Below, piece after piece: positions 27,475 to 36,264 of a stretch of DNA of 49,200 nt. The position numbers and the translations under genes were made by a program. The stretch comes from an uncultured Anaerolineaceae bacterium (lineage in GTDB: Bacteria > Chloroflexota > Limnocylindria > Limnocylindrales > CSP1-4): the NCBI GenBank assembly GCA_964393345.1, contig CAYMTJ010000004.1, positions 7,503 through 56,702 of the forward strand, given 5' to 3'. Within the stretch, counting starts at the first letter, position 1, and every line of letters begins with the position of its first letter. The notes beneath the pieces were generated by a model. The model was not told where the DNA came from. It was given only the letters and a program-made list of their open reading frames with translations, and made no database searches.

Positions 27475-28412
27475 GTCGCTGGCCCCGTCTCGAGATCCGG
27501 CCAGATCGGGAAGAACGCCGCCCACCACTGGTCGGGTGCGTCCTCGATGATGCGCTCGAACGCGACCGCGATGCGCGCGACCGTCGCCTCCACCCGGTCA
27601 CGGCGCGACCCTTCGGTGGGGACGTCGATCGCCTCGACCCGACCGATGTATCGCCCGACGCCGGTCCGGCGCACGCCGACCACGTAGGTCGGCGCACCGC
27701 TTTCGACCGCGAGCATGGCCGGCCCGAGCGGCAGCCGCGCCGGGGCGCCGAAGAGCTCGACGGGGGCGCCTCCGCCGGTGATGTCCCGGTCGCCGACGAG
27801 CCCGACCGGCGTCCCGCGCCGCAGGCTCGCCAGCAACTCGCGTCGCGCCTCGCGAAGCCCCACGATCCGCAGGCCGGACGCCCCGCGCGAGCGGATGAAC
27901 CACGCCTGGAGGTCCGGGTCGTCGATCGTCTCCATCGGCGCGACCGCGCCACCGACGCGGGCGGCCAGGAAGAGTGCCGGCAGCTCGATGGCGCCGAAGT
28001 GGAGACCCACGAACATGACGGCACCACCCGTCCGGAACGCGGCCTCCACGAGCTCCGGGGTCTCCACGACGATCCGACGGTCGAGGTCACCGACCCCGAT
28101 GGCGGGCGTCCGCGCGACCTCGAGGTAGTACCGCGCGTAGTGACGGAACGCCGAGCGGACCAGGCGCTCCAGCGCCCGTGGGTCCTCGGCGGCGGCGCGG
28201 ACCAGCGGACCGCCGCGGGCCTCCGCAGCGAGTGCGCGACAGACGCGTCGAAGGTTCCGTCGGGCCTGGGCGGCGCGGTCGGGGGCGAGTCGATACCAGA
28301 CGTCTCCCCCGAATGAGGCCAGCCGCGTCAGCGGTCCCTCGGGCAGGCGGCAGACGAGCCAGGACCCCGCGATCAGGGCTCGCGTGCGGAGCCACCGCAC
28401 CGCCCGTCGCAT
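27471..28412 (-). CDS. LpxL/HtrB/PatA-family lipid acyltransferase (copy 2)
   Basis: F..YARYYLE, HFGAIE, GLVGDRD, FG..ARLPLGPAMLA, PDQW. TGATG overlap with the upstream gene. Confidence 0.85.
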   Translation of the reverse strand: MRRAVRWLRTRALIAGSWLVCRLPEGPLTRLASFGGDVWYRLAPDRAAQARRNLRRVCRALAAEARGGPLVRAAAEDPRALERLVRSAFRHYARYYLEVARTPAIGVGDLDRRIVVETPELVEAAFRTGGAVMFVGLHFGAIELPALFLAARVGGAVAPMETIDDPDLQAWFIRSRGASGLRIVGLREARRELLASLRRGTPVGLVGDRDITGGGAPVELFGAPARLPLGPAMLAVESGAPTYVVGVRRTGVGRYIGRVEAIDVPTEGSRRDRVEATVARIAVAFERIIEDAPDQWWAAFFPIWPDLETGPAT

Positions 28413-29458
28413 CAGCGGAACGCCGGCGCGGGACCCGGGTCCGGTTCGCCCGCCTGCATCAGGGTCGCCCGTCGCTCGAGGTCGGCCGCCTCTGGGGCGG
28501 TGGCGGGCCAGATCGGCTTGAAGCTGTACCACTGCTCGGGGGCCGCGCGGACGGTCGCCTCGAGTGCGTCGGCCAGGGCCTGCGTGGCCCGCTGCAGCTC
28601 GGCCGGGTCGCCCGAGGCGACGTCGATGGGCCCGTCCGGCCAGGACACGACGAACCGGCCATCGGTGCCGCGCCGGATCGTGATGGGCAGGATCCGCGAG
28701 CCGGTCTTCGCCGCCAGCGTCGCCGGCCCAGCCGGCAGCGCTGTCCACGCCCCGAAGAGCCGGACGGGGATGCCGTCGCTCCGATAGCCCCAGTCCACGA
28801 GGAGGGCCAGCATCTCGCGCCGGCGGAGGACCCCGAAGATCGCCCGCAGGTTGCGCCACGCGACGACCTTGACGCCCCAGGATTCGCGTTGACGACGCAG
28901 CAGCTCGAAGAGCTCGGGGAACGAGGAATCGTCGGCGACCACGCTGATCGGCAGCGCGTGATCGGCGATCGAGGCGGCGACGGCATCGTTATTGCCGACG
29001 TGCCCGACGGCGAAGATCAGGCCGCCGCCCGGGGCGTCGCGCCAGATCCGGCGGATCCCCTCGGCGTCCATGTCCGGGACGAGGCCCGCGATCGACTCGG
29101 CGGGCATCGACGGAAGCCGCATCAGTTCGACGAGGTAGCGGCCGTACTCCCCGTAGGCCCGCAGCGCCAGCCGCCGGACGCGCGGATCCGAGGGCGGCAG
29201 ACCCAGGACGTGGCCGAAGTTCCGGTTGGACCAGCGTCGTTTCGCCGGCCACAGGAGGTAGCTCGCCTGGGACAGCCGGGCGAGCACGGGCATGGCGATC
29301 CCCGACGGGACGGTGGCGAGCACCCACGAGAACGCGCGGTAGCCCAGCACCGCGAGTCGCTCGACGATGCGCGGACTGGCGCCACCGCGTCGATGCGGCG
29401 CCTCGAGGCGCCGATCACCCGCCGTCGCGGTCTCGGACCGACGTCCTTCGGCCGTCAC
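28412..29458 (-). CDS. LpxL/HtrB/PatA-family lipid acyltransferase (copy 1)
   Basis: [47 protein letters not shown]29458 overlaps the ino1 stop (GTGA). Confidence 0.85.
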   Translation of the reverse strand: MTAEGRRSETATAGDRRLEAPHRRGGASPRIVERLAVLGYRAFSWVLATVPSGIAMPVLARLSQASYLLWPAKRRWSNRNFGHVLGLPPSDPRVRRLALRAYGEYGRYLVELMRLPSMPAESIAGLVPDMDAEGIRRIWRDAPGGGLIFAVGHVGNNDAVAASIADHALPISVVADDSSFPELFELLRRQRESWGVKVVAWRNLRAIFGVLRRREMLALLVDWGYRSDGIPVRLFGAWTALPAGPATLAAKTGSRILPITIRRGTDGRFVVSWPDGPIDVASGDPAELQRATQALADALEATVRAAPEQWYSFKPIWPATAPEAADLERRATLMQAGEPDPGPAPAFR

Positions 29459-30693
29459 GACGCCGCGGTGGCGACCGTGGCCTTCTTGCCGGCGAGCCGA
29501 CGGTACGTCCGCTTGGCGGCCGTCTCCGTCCCCACGAGGGTCTCGTCGTCCTCGCCGCGGATGAACGCTTCCACCCGGTTGAAGGCGATGTCGTCGTGGA
29601 TCTGGCGCGGCGGGCTCTTCATGAAGTAGCTCGACGGCGCGACGAGCGTGCCCTTGAGCCCGCGGTCGAGACCCAGCTTCAGGCAGCGGATGGCGTCGGT
29701 GATGACGCCCGCGCTGTTGGGGCTGTCCCAGACTTCGAGCTTGAGCTCGGCGTTGAGCGGCACGTCGCCGAAGGTCGTGCCCTCCATCCGGATGTAGCAC
29801 CACTTGCGGTCCTTGAGCCACGGCACGTGGTCGCTGGGGCCGACGTGGATGTCGTCGTCGTCGAGCTCGTAGTCGAGCATCGACGTGACCGCGTTGGTCT
29901 TGGAGATCTTCTTGGACTCGAGGCGCTCGCGCTCGAGCATGTTCAGGAAGTCCGTGTTGCCCCCGAAGTTGAGCTGGTACGTGCGGTCCAGCCGCACGCC
30001 GCGGTCCATGAACAGCCGGGTCAGGACGCGATGGGTGATCGTCGCGCCGACCTGGCTCTTGATGTCGTCGCCGATGACCGGCAGGCCCTTCTCGGCGAAC
30101 CGACGCTGCCAGTACGGCTCGCGGCCGATGAACACCGGGATCGCGTTGACGAACGCGACGCCGGCGGCGAGCGCCTGCTCGGCGTACCACTTGGTGGCTT
30201 CCTCGCTGCCGACCGGGAGGTACGACACCATCACGTCGACCTCGCGCTCGCGGAGGATGCCGGTGATGTCCGCGGTGGGACCGGGCGCCTTCTCGATGAT
30301 CTGGCTCACGTACTTGCCCAGGCCGTCGTGGGTCATGCCGCGCTCGACGGTCACGCCGGTCTTGGCGACCTGCTGGAACACGAAGGTGTTGTTGGGCTTC
30401 GCGTAGATGGCCTCGGACAGGTCCTTGCCGACCTTGTTCTTGTCGATGTCGAACGCGGCGACGAAGTCGATGTCGCGGACGTGGTAGCCACCGAGATTGA
30501 CGTGCATGAGGCCCGGGACGAAATCGTCGTCCTTGGCGTCCTCGTAGTAGTAGCGACCCTGCACGAGGCTGCTCGCGCAGTTGCCGACGCCGACGATGGC
30601 GACGCGGACCTTGCCGTCGCCGCGCCGGCCCGAACCCGCCCAGGTGTTGCCGGGCGTGCTGCCGTTCTTGCCGTTCGAACCGTTCTTGGCCAT
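29455..30693 (-). CDS. ino1: myo-inositol-1-phosphate synthase
   Basis: [87 protein letters not shown] before ATG30693. Confidence 0.96.
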   Translation of the reverse strand: MAKNGSNGKNGSTPGNTWAGSGRRGDGKVRVAIVGVGNCASSLVQGRYYYEDAKDDDFVPGLMHVNLGGYHVRDIDFVAAFDIDKNKVGKDLSEAIYAKPNNTFVFQQVAKTGVTVERGMTHDGLGKYVSQIIEKAPGPTADITGILREREVDVMVSYLPVGSEEATKWYAEQALAAGVAFVNAIPVFIGREPYWQRRFAEKGLPVIGDDIKSQVGATITHRVLTRLFMDRGVRLDRTYQLNFGGNTDFLNMLERERLESKKISKTNAVTSMLDYELDDDDIHVGPSDHVPWLKDRKWCYIRMEGTTFGDVPLNAELKLEVWDSPNSAGVITDAIRCLKLGLDRGLKGTLVAPSSYFMKSPPRQIHDDIAFNRVEAFIRGEDDETLVGTETAAKRTYRRLAGKKATVATAAS

Positions 30694-30707
30694 CTTGCTC
30701 CGTACTC

Positions 30708-31412
30708 CTACGACTGCGGTGATGTTGACGTGTCTGCGGTGGTCTGTCGCTTCGCCTGCGCGCGGACGTGCAGGATCCGCTGGATGGTGGTGATGGTGGC
30801 GCCGAGCGTGATGATGACGAGGGCGGCGGTCAGGCTGCCGCCCTGCGGGAAGTCGCACACCCCCGCGCACGCGGCGTTCGGTGGGGGGACTTCGTAGATG
30901 GGCCCGGTCGCCAGGATCAGCCCGAGGCTGAGGACGACGAGACGAACCTCCCTCGGCATGACGCCGACCGCGGCCATCCCGGTCCCGGCCGTGAACCCGA
31001 GGCCCTCGGACTTGGCCCGCGTGTAGCTGACCATGAACGCGGCACCCATCGCCGCGGCGGCGAGGATCGCGCCTTCCCGGAACCCGGCGTAGGCCGTGCC
31101 CGCGACGACCCCGAGATAGACGAACGACTCGCCCCATCGGTCGAAGACGCTGTCCATGAACGCGCCGAGCTTGCTGACCTTGCCGGTCGCACGGGCGAGA
31201 GTGCCGTCGAACATGTCGAAGGCGCCGCCGAGGAAGATGACGAGCCCGCCGACGACCCACTGCTGCTGGCTGACGAGGATGGCGCCGACCATCGTGATCC
31301 CGAAGCCGATGAGCGTGAGCGCGTCCGGGGTCAGGCCGATCCGGCCCATCCCGAGCGCGACCGGCTCGAAGACCTTCTTGACGCGATCGCGCGCGTCGTT
31401 CGACATCGCCAT
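30708..31412 (-). CDS. pgsA: CDP-alcohol phosphatidyltransferase, phosphatidylinositol-phosphate synthase (PgsA1-type)
   Basis: [15 protein letters not shown]...[10 protein letters not shown] signature, [12 protein letters not shown]. Adjacent to ino1. Confidence 0.88.
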   Translation of the reverse strand: MAMSNDARDRVKKVFEPVALGMGRIGLTPDALTLIGFGITMVGAILVSQQQWVVGGLVIFLGGAFDMFDGTLARATGKVSKLGAFMDSVFDRWGESFVYLGVVAGTAYAGFREGAILAAAAMGAAFMVSYTRAKSEGLGFTAGTGMAAVGVMPREVRLVVLSLGLILATGPIYEVPPPNAACAGVCDFPQGGSLTAALVIITLGATITTIQRILHVRAQAKRQTTADTSTSPQS

Positions 31413-31756
31413 CAGGCGGCGCCCTGTCCGGCGATCCCCAGGATCGCGCGCTCGCGCTCGGCGACCTCGCCGAATGCCTCGGGCCGGAGCGTGCAGACGG
31501 TCTCGCGACCGACGCGCCGGCTTTCGATCAGTCCGGCGACGCGCAGCCGCTTGAGGTGATGGCTGACCAGGGGCTGTGACAGACCCACGTGGTCGATCAG
31601 CTCGCGAACGGACGCCTCGCCCTCGGCCAGGCGCCGGACGATGCGCAGGCGGTTCACGTCGGCGAGTGCCTTGTGGAAGGCGCGCAGGTCGCGCAGGTCG
31701 TCGGGCTGGAGCACGATCGACGCGAGGGTCGAACGGATCCGGGCGGGGGTCGGCAC
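31412..31756 (-). CDS. ArsR/SmtB-family transcriptional regulator heading the inositol-lipid operon
   Basis: [12 protein letters not shown]...[43 protein letters not shown] before GTG31756 (alternative TTG31804). TGATG overlap with pgsA. Confidence 0.88.
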   Translation of the reverse strand: MPTPARIRSTLASIVLQPDDLRDLRAFHKALADVNRLRIVRRLAEGEASVRELIDHVGLSQPLVSHHLKRLRVAGLIESRRVGRETVCTLRPEAFGEVAERERAILGIAGQGAA

Positions 31757-31781
31757 GGGTCTGGGGGTCTCCTCCGCCGTC

Positions 31782-31843
31782 GCATCAACAGCGGTTGATA
31801 TCAACGGGCGTTGATGCTAGGCGGACGGCGAGGGTCGTGTCAA
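31782..31843 (-). promoter_or_regulatory. sigma70 promoter with tandem double-palindrome operator
   Basis: TTGACA (31843-31838), N18, TAGCAT (31819-31814). ATCAAC-N4-GTTGAT occurs twice (31784-31799 and 31800-31815) over the -10 and start site. Confidence 0.8.
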
Positions 31844-32099
31844 GCACGATCTCGTGCCTGGGCGTCGGTGGATCCCCGGTCGTGTCACCCGCTCATCCGA
31901 ACCTGCTGACGTGGGACGGTCCGTGACGACGTCCGGTGCGCTTTGACGGCTGGCGGTGACCGTCCCACGACAACGCCGGACGGATCTGACGCGGAGCGGC
32001 ACGGGATGCGGTGGCCGGTGTCGGGGATGTCGCCACGTGCCGTGGAGCGGTACGGCTCCATAGCCGAGGCAGCCGGCCACTCGGCCTACACTCCGCGGC

Positions 32100-33728
32100 A
32101 TGGATCGCCGCTCCGCGCTGATCGTGCTCGCGGTGTTCGGCGTCGGGGTGTTCCTGAGCGGGCTGGAGCTGATGATCACCGCGGTCGCCCTGCCGTCGAT
32201 CCTCGACGACCTCGCGGATCCGACGGCTGGCTCGGCTTGGGTGGAGCTGCGCAAGGCGAGCTGGATCATCAACGGCTACCTGCTGGTCTATGTCCTGACG
32301 ATGCCCCTCGCCGGGCGTCTGACGGACCTGTGGGGCGCCCGACGCCCCCTGCTGGCAGCCCTCGCCCTGTTCACGCTCGGGTCGTTCCTCGCCGGACTGG
32401 CCCAGACCATGGACCAATTGATCGCCGCCCGGCTCGTGCAGGCGGCCGGTGGCGGCGTCCTCGTCCCGGTGGGGACCGCGGCCGCAGCCCATCTCTACGA
32501 CGGGGCCGCCAGGGGCCGCGCCCTCGGGGTGATCGGCGCGCTCACGTTCCTCGGGATGGCCGCCGGCCCGTTCGTGGGAGCCGCCATCCTGGGGTCCTTC
32601 CATCCAAGCGAGGCGATCGCGGCGGCGCCGTTGCCGGTCGCGGCCCAGGACCTGTTCGCGCCGGCCTGGCGCTGGGTGTTCTTCATCAACGTGCCGGCGG
32701 GTCTCGTCGCGCTCCTCATCGGGTGGGCCGCGTCGAGCGGCTGGGACACGCCGCGACGGCACGGTCGAACCGATCTCCCCGGGGCCGTCTGGTTCGGCCT
32801 GGCGCTGCTCGCGCTCCTCCTTGGTCTGACGCTCATCGGCAGCACGGACACCGTGCTGGAGACGCTCGACCCGGCCACGATCATCCCGGCCCTCATCGGT
32901 GCAGCGCTCGTCCTCTTCGTGAGCTTCCTCGTCCGCGGCCTGCGACACCGTGATCCCTTCATCGATCCGCGGCTGTTCGCGATCCCGGCCTTCTCCGCGG
33001 CCACGCTCGTCTCACTCCTCACGGGCTACGCGTTCGCCACCGCGATCATCGGCGGGGCCGTGTTCGTGGACCGCGTCCTATACGGCGGACCGGACGAGCA
33101 GCGACTCGCCCTCGGGGCGCTGGCCGCCGCTACGGCGCTCGGCGCGCTGGCGTCCGGGTTCCTCGCGCGCGTGCTGTCGCTGCGCTGGCTGTCGATCCTG
33201 GGCATCGCGCTGGGCATCGCCGGGCTCGCCGCGATGTCGACGTGGGTGCCCGAGACGCCCGTGCTGTTCGTGGCGGTCACCCTGGGGGCGTTCGGCCTCG
33301 GGTTCGGGCTCACGGTGACCCCTCGCTCCGAGGCCGCGGTGGAGGCGGCCGGCCGACGGGCGTACGGCGCGGCATCGTCGATGGTGGTGGTCGCGCGGAC
33401 GATCGGCATGGCCGTGGGTCTCGCCGTCCTGACCGCCTACGGCTCGACCACGATCGACGGGCTCGTCGACCGCGTCTACGCCACGCCGGACGCGTTCCGC
33501 CAGATCATCCCGGAGGCGCTCCGGGGCCGGGACTTCCGCGACCCCCTCGTCGTCGACGCCCTGGAGTCGTGGGCCTCGCGAGAAGCGGCCGGGATCATGG
33601 TCGGGCTGTTCGTGGCCGCGGCCATCGTCATGGCGGCAGCTGCTGCCCCGTCGCTGATCCTCGGCGGGCGGCGACGTATGCTGACCGCGGATGACCGGCC
33701 GGCGACCCGATCCAACCGTGGCTACTGA
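32100..33728 (+). CDS. MFS transporter, DHA2/EmrB-QacA-like (about 14 TM)
   Basis: LELMITAVALPSI, WIINGYLL, GRLTDLWGARR, ARLVQAAGGG, WRWVFFINVP, PFIDPRLF. TACACT-N7-ATG. Confidence 0.9.
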   Translation: MDRRSALIVLAVFGVGVFLSGLELMITAVALPSILDDLADPTAGSAWVELRKASWIINGYLLVYVLTMPLAGRLTDLWGARRPLLAALALFTLGSFLAGLAQTMDQLIAARLVQAAGGGVLVPVGTAAAAHLYDGAARGRALGVIGALTFLGMAAGPFVGAAILGSFHPSEAIAAAPLPVAAQDLFAPAWRWVFFINVPAGLVALLIGWAASSGWDTPRRHGRTDLPGAVWFGLALLALLLGLTLIGSTDTVLETLDPATIIPALIGAALVLFVSFLVRGLRHRDPFIDPRLFAIPAFSAATLVSLLTGYAFATAIIGGAVFVDRVLYGGPDEQRLALGALAAATALGALASGFLARVLSLRWLSILGIALGIAGLAAMSTWVPETPVLFVAVTLGAFGLGFGLTVTPRSEAAVEAAGRRAYGAASSMVVVARTIGMAVGLAVLTAYGSTTIDGLVDRVYATPDAFRQIIPEALRGRDFRDPLVVDALESWASREAAGIMVGLFVAAAIVMAAAAAPSLILGGRRRMLTADDRPATRSNRGY

Positions 33729-34755
33729 GCCGTCCTCGAACGACGAGTCGGACGCCTCGGGCCCCGGGCTGCGGGCGCCCCGACCCGGCATGGTCCGCGT
33801 CGTCGCCTGGGCCGATGGGGCGACGCGGGTGGCGACCGGGAACGACGCGGTCGAGGCCCTGCCGCGCTGGCTCGATCGAGCCGACGCCGTGGTCTGGGTC
33901 GACCTCTGCGAGCCGGCCCGCGAACAGGTCGAGACCGTCGCGACCGCACTCGGCCTCCACCACCTCATCGTCGAGGACGTGCTCGAGGGCAACCAGCGGG
34001 CCAAGATCGAGACGACCGACGGCGCGGTCCACATCGTGCTGTTCCACCTGGCCTATGACGAGTCGGTCACGGCCTCCGAGGTCGACTTCGTGCTGGGTCG
34101 CGGCTTCCTGATGACCGTGCATGCGATCGGCTGGGATCCGATGACCGCCGACCACCTGCGCGGCGGCATCGGGCCCATCATCGAACGCGGCGCGGACCAC
34201 CTGCTGTGGGCGCTCGCCGACGACATCGTGGACCGATTCTTCCCGTTCGCGGACCGGCTCGGCGATGCGATCGACGCCGTCCAGGACGACGTGATCCGTC
34301 GCGCCAGCCCGGAAACCCTCGAGCAGGTCTTCGTCCTCAAGCGCGAACTCATCGACGTCCGCCGGGCGGTCAGCCCCGTCAGGGAGATCTTCAACCAGCT
34401 CACGAACCGGGACACGCCGCTCGTGGACCCGAACGAGATCGTCTACTTCCGCGACATCTACGACCACGTGATCCGGCTGACCGACGAACTCGACAACTAC
34501 CGGGAGCTGGCGGCCACGACGCTCGACGTCTACCTCTCGACCGTCAACAACAACCTGTCGACGATCATGAAGCGGCTGACGGGGGTGACCGTGATCCTCG
34601 CCGGGATCGGTGCGGTCGGGGGGATCTTCGGGATGAGCGAGGCCGGCTCGGCGCTCGCCGGCCAGGAATCCGCGGGATTCTGGGTCGTCACGGCGGTCGC
34701 GATCATCGGGGCCGGCCTGGCCGTGGCCGTCCTGCGCCGGATCGGATGGATCTGA
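33691..34755 (+). CDS. CorA-family divalent cation transporter (GMS instead of GMN)
   Basis: VVWVDL, LHHLIVEDV..NQRAKIE, YFRDIYDH, NNNLSTIMKRLT, GIFGMS, two C-terminal TMs. Start uncertain (33691, 33718 or 33790). Confidence 0.88.
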   Translation: MTGRRPDPTVATEPSSNDESDASGPGLRAPRPGMVRVVAWADGATRVATGNDAVEALPRWLDRADAVVWVDLCEPAREQVETVATALGLHHLIVEDVLEGNQRAKIETTDGAVHIVLFHLAYDESVTASEVDFVLGRGFLMTVHAIGWDPMTADHLRGGIGPIIERGADHLLWALADDIVDRFFPFADRLGDAIDAVQDDVIRRASPETLEQVFVLKRELIDVRRAVSPVREIFNQLTNRDTPLVDPNEIVYFRDIYDHVIRLTDELDNYRELAATTLDVYLSTVNNNLSTIMKRLTGVTVILAGIGAVGGIFGMSEAGSALAGQESAGFWVVTAVAIIGAGLAVAVLRRIGWI

Positions 34756-34765
34756 CCGCCCCCGG

Positions 34766-35479
34766 CTAGGGGCAGGTCACCGGCTTCGCCCTGGGGTTCG
34801 CCTCGTCGTGATCGGCCGATCCGTGCGACAGCGGCTTGGCGATCACCTGCAGCTTCGGCGCGGTCCCCACCCCCTCCGAGGTCTGCAGCCAGAGCTCCTC
34901 CTCCGTCGCCGACAGCGCGTCCGAGAGCCCGGTGTCGTAGGGGACGTGGCGCCGGACCTTGGTGATCTCGTAGAGGTAGTGCTGATCGTCGCTCGTCCAC
35001 ACCTCGACCACCATCCCCAGCATCTTCTTCCCGTTCGAGACCTTCGACGCGTCGAGGAGCGGCAGGAACATCCCCGCCTGGGCGTGGGCGTAGATGTAGG
35101 TGGCCCGGCCCTCGCCCGGCTGCCCGAGCAGCGGATCCTCGAAGTACAACGCGACGTCGCACGGGACCTTCGCCGTGACCTGGAGGATCACCGGAAGGTC
35201 GATCCGGAGTGCCGCGATGCGCACCCTCGTCGCGACCCGGTCCGGCGGGATCGTCGGGGTGGCCGACGGCGCGCTCGATCCGAGCGGCGGGAGCGTCGCG
35301 AGCGACAGCGAGGGGGTCGCGACCGGGCTGCCGGACGCGCCGGGCGTGGGACTGGCGTCGCCGACGGCGGTCACCGGCGCGGAGAAGCTCAGCATCCCCG
35401 CGGCGAGCATCGTGACGCCGATCGCGGTCAGCAGCGCCGGCAGCAGTCGCGTTCGAACCGGCTCCACCACTCCTGACAT
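34766..35479 (-). CDS. Sortase-fold membrane protein (class E/F-like) with catalytic Cys replaced by Ser
   Basis: TM anchor, S/P/T linker, RVRIAALRIDLPV, PGEGRATYIYAH, YEIT, LWLQTSEG, KLQVIA. TGnTACGAT 9 nt before ATG35479. Confidence 0.7.
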   Translation of the reverse strand: MSGVVEPVRTRLLPALLTAIGVTMLAAGMLSFSAPVTAVGDASPTPGASGSPVATPSLSLATLPPLGSSAPSATPTIPPDRVATRVRIAALRIDLPVILQVTAKVPCDVALYFEDPLLGQPGEGRATYIYAHAQAGMFLPLLDASKVSNGKKMLGMVVEVWTSDDQHYLYEITKVRRHVPYDTGLSDALSATEEELWLQTSEGVGTAPKLQVIAKPLSHGSADHDEANPRAKPVTCP

Positions 35480-35548
35480 CGGAGCGGCATCGTAGCAGCG
35501 GCCCCCCGGACACGCCGACGGGCCGCTCGTACTGGTACGCTCGGGCCC

Positions 35549-36214
35549 ATGTGGCCACGCCTCTCGATCGTCGCTGGCTTGCTGGCCGGGATCGCCGTGG
35601 CGGGCCTGGTCTTCGGCGGGATCCTGTTCCTCGGGCCCGGGCCCGCCGGTCTGCCCTCGCCGCCGGCATCGGCGGTGGTCTCCCCGTCGCCCGGCGCGAG
35701 CGCCTCCGAGACACCGGTCACGACGGCGACCGCGACAGCCACCGGCACGGCGACCGCGTCGCCGGCATCGGGCCCCTTCCACATCGGCGAGGTCGCCCCG
35801 GCGCTCGTGGTGCCCCAGGTGGGTGGCGGGACCATCGACCTCGCGAACCTGCGCGGCCAGCCGATCTGGGTCAACTTCATGGGGACCTACTGCCCACCGT
35901 GTCGTGACGAGTTCCCCCTGATGAACGGCTTCGCGGCGCGCTACGCGGACGACGGCCTCGTCATCCTCGCGATCGACGTGCGGGAGGACGAAGGCACCGT
36001 CGCGAGCTTCGCCAACGAGCTCGGGGCGATCTTCCCGCTCGGCCTGGACACCGACGGCTCCGTGGCCGACGCGTGGGGAGCGCTGGCGCTGCCCGTCCAC
36101 TTCTGGATCGACACCGACGGCGTCATCCGGGACGGCGCCCTCGGCGGGATCGGGGCCGACATCATGGCCGAGGGGCTCGCCAAGATCCTGCCCGGCGTGG
36201 AGGTCACGCCCTGA
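35549..36214 (+). CDS. TlpA/ResA-like membrane-anchored thiol-disulfide oxidoreductase
   Basis: TM plus S/T/P linker, IGEVAP, LRGQPIWVNFMGTYCPPCRDEFP (CxxC), LPVHFWIDTDG. TGnTACGCT-N7-ATG. Confidence 0.9.
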   Translation: MWPRLSIVAGLLAGIAVAGLVFGGILFLGPGPAGLPSPPASAVVSPSPGASASETPVTTATATATGTATASPASGPFHIGEVAPALVVPQVGGGTIDLANLRGQPIWVNFMGTYCPPCRDEFPLMNGFAARYADDGLVILAIDVREDEGTVASFANELGAIFPLGLDTDGSVADAWGALALPVHFWIDTDGVIRDGALGGIGADIMAEGLAKILPGVEVTP

Positions 36215-36264
36215 CGACCGGCCAAGAGCGTGGCGCGGACCGGCCGCTGTCCGAGCGGGCGGCC

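Noticed and set aside
25412-28090. 892-aa ORF suggesting a large PimA fusion
   Set aside because: The upstream part is an off-frame read of the acyltransferase and PHP genes. PimA starts at ATG26662 with an ATGA overlap. The same artefact extends ino1, the acyltransferases, the NuoF-like gene, dnaA and the antiporter.
27471-29458. Lipid A (LpxL) biosynthesis
   Set aside because: No other lpx/kdo genes are in the window; the context of ino1, PIP synthase and pimA points to PatA-like function.
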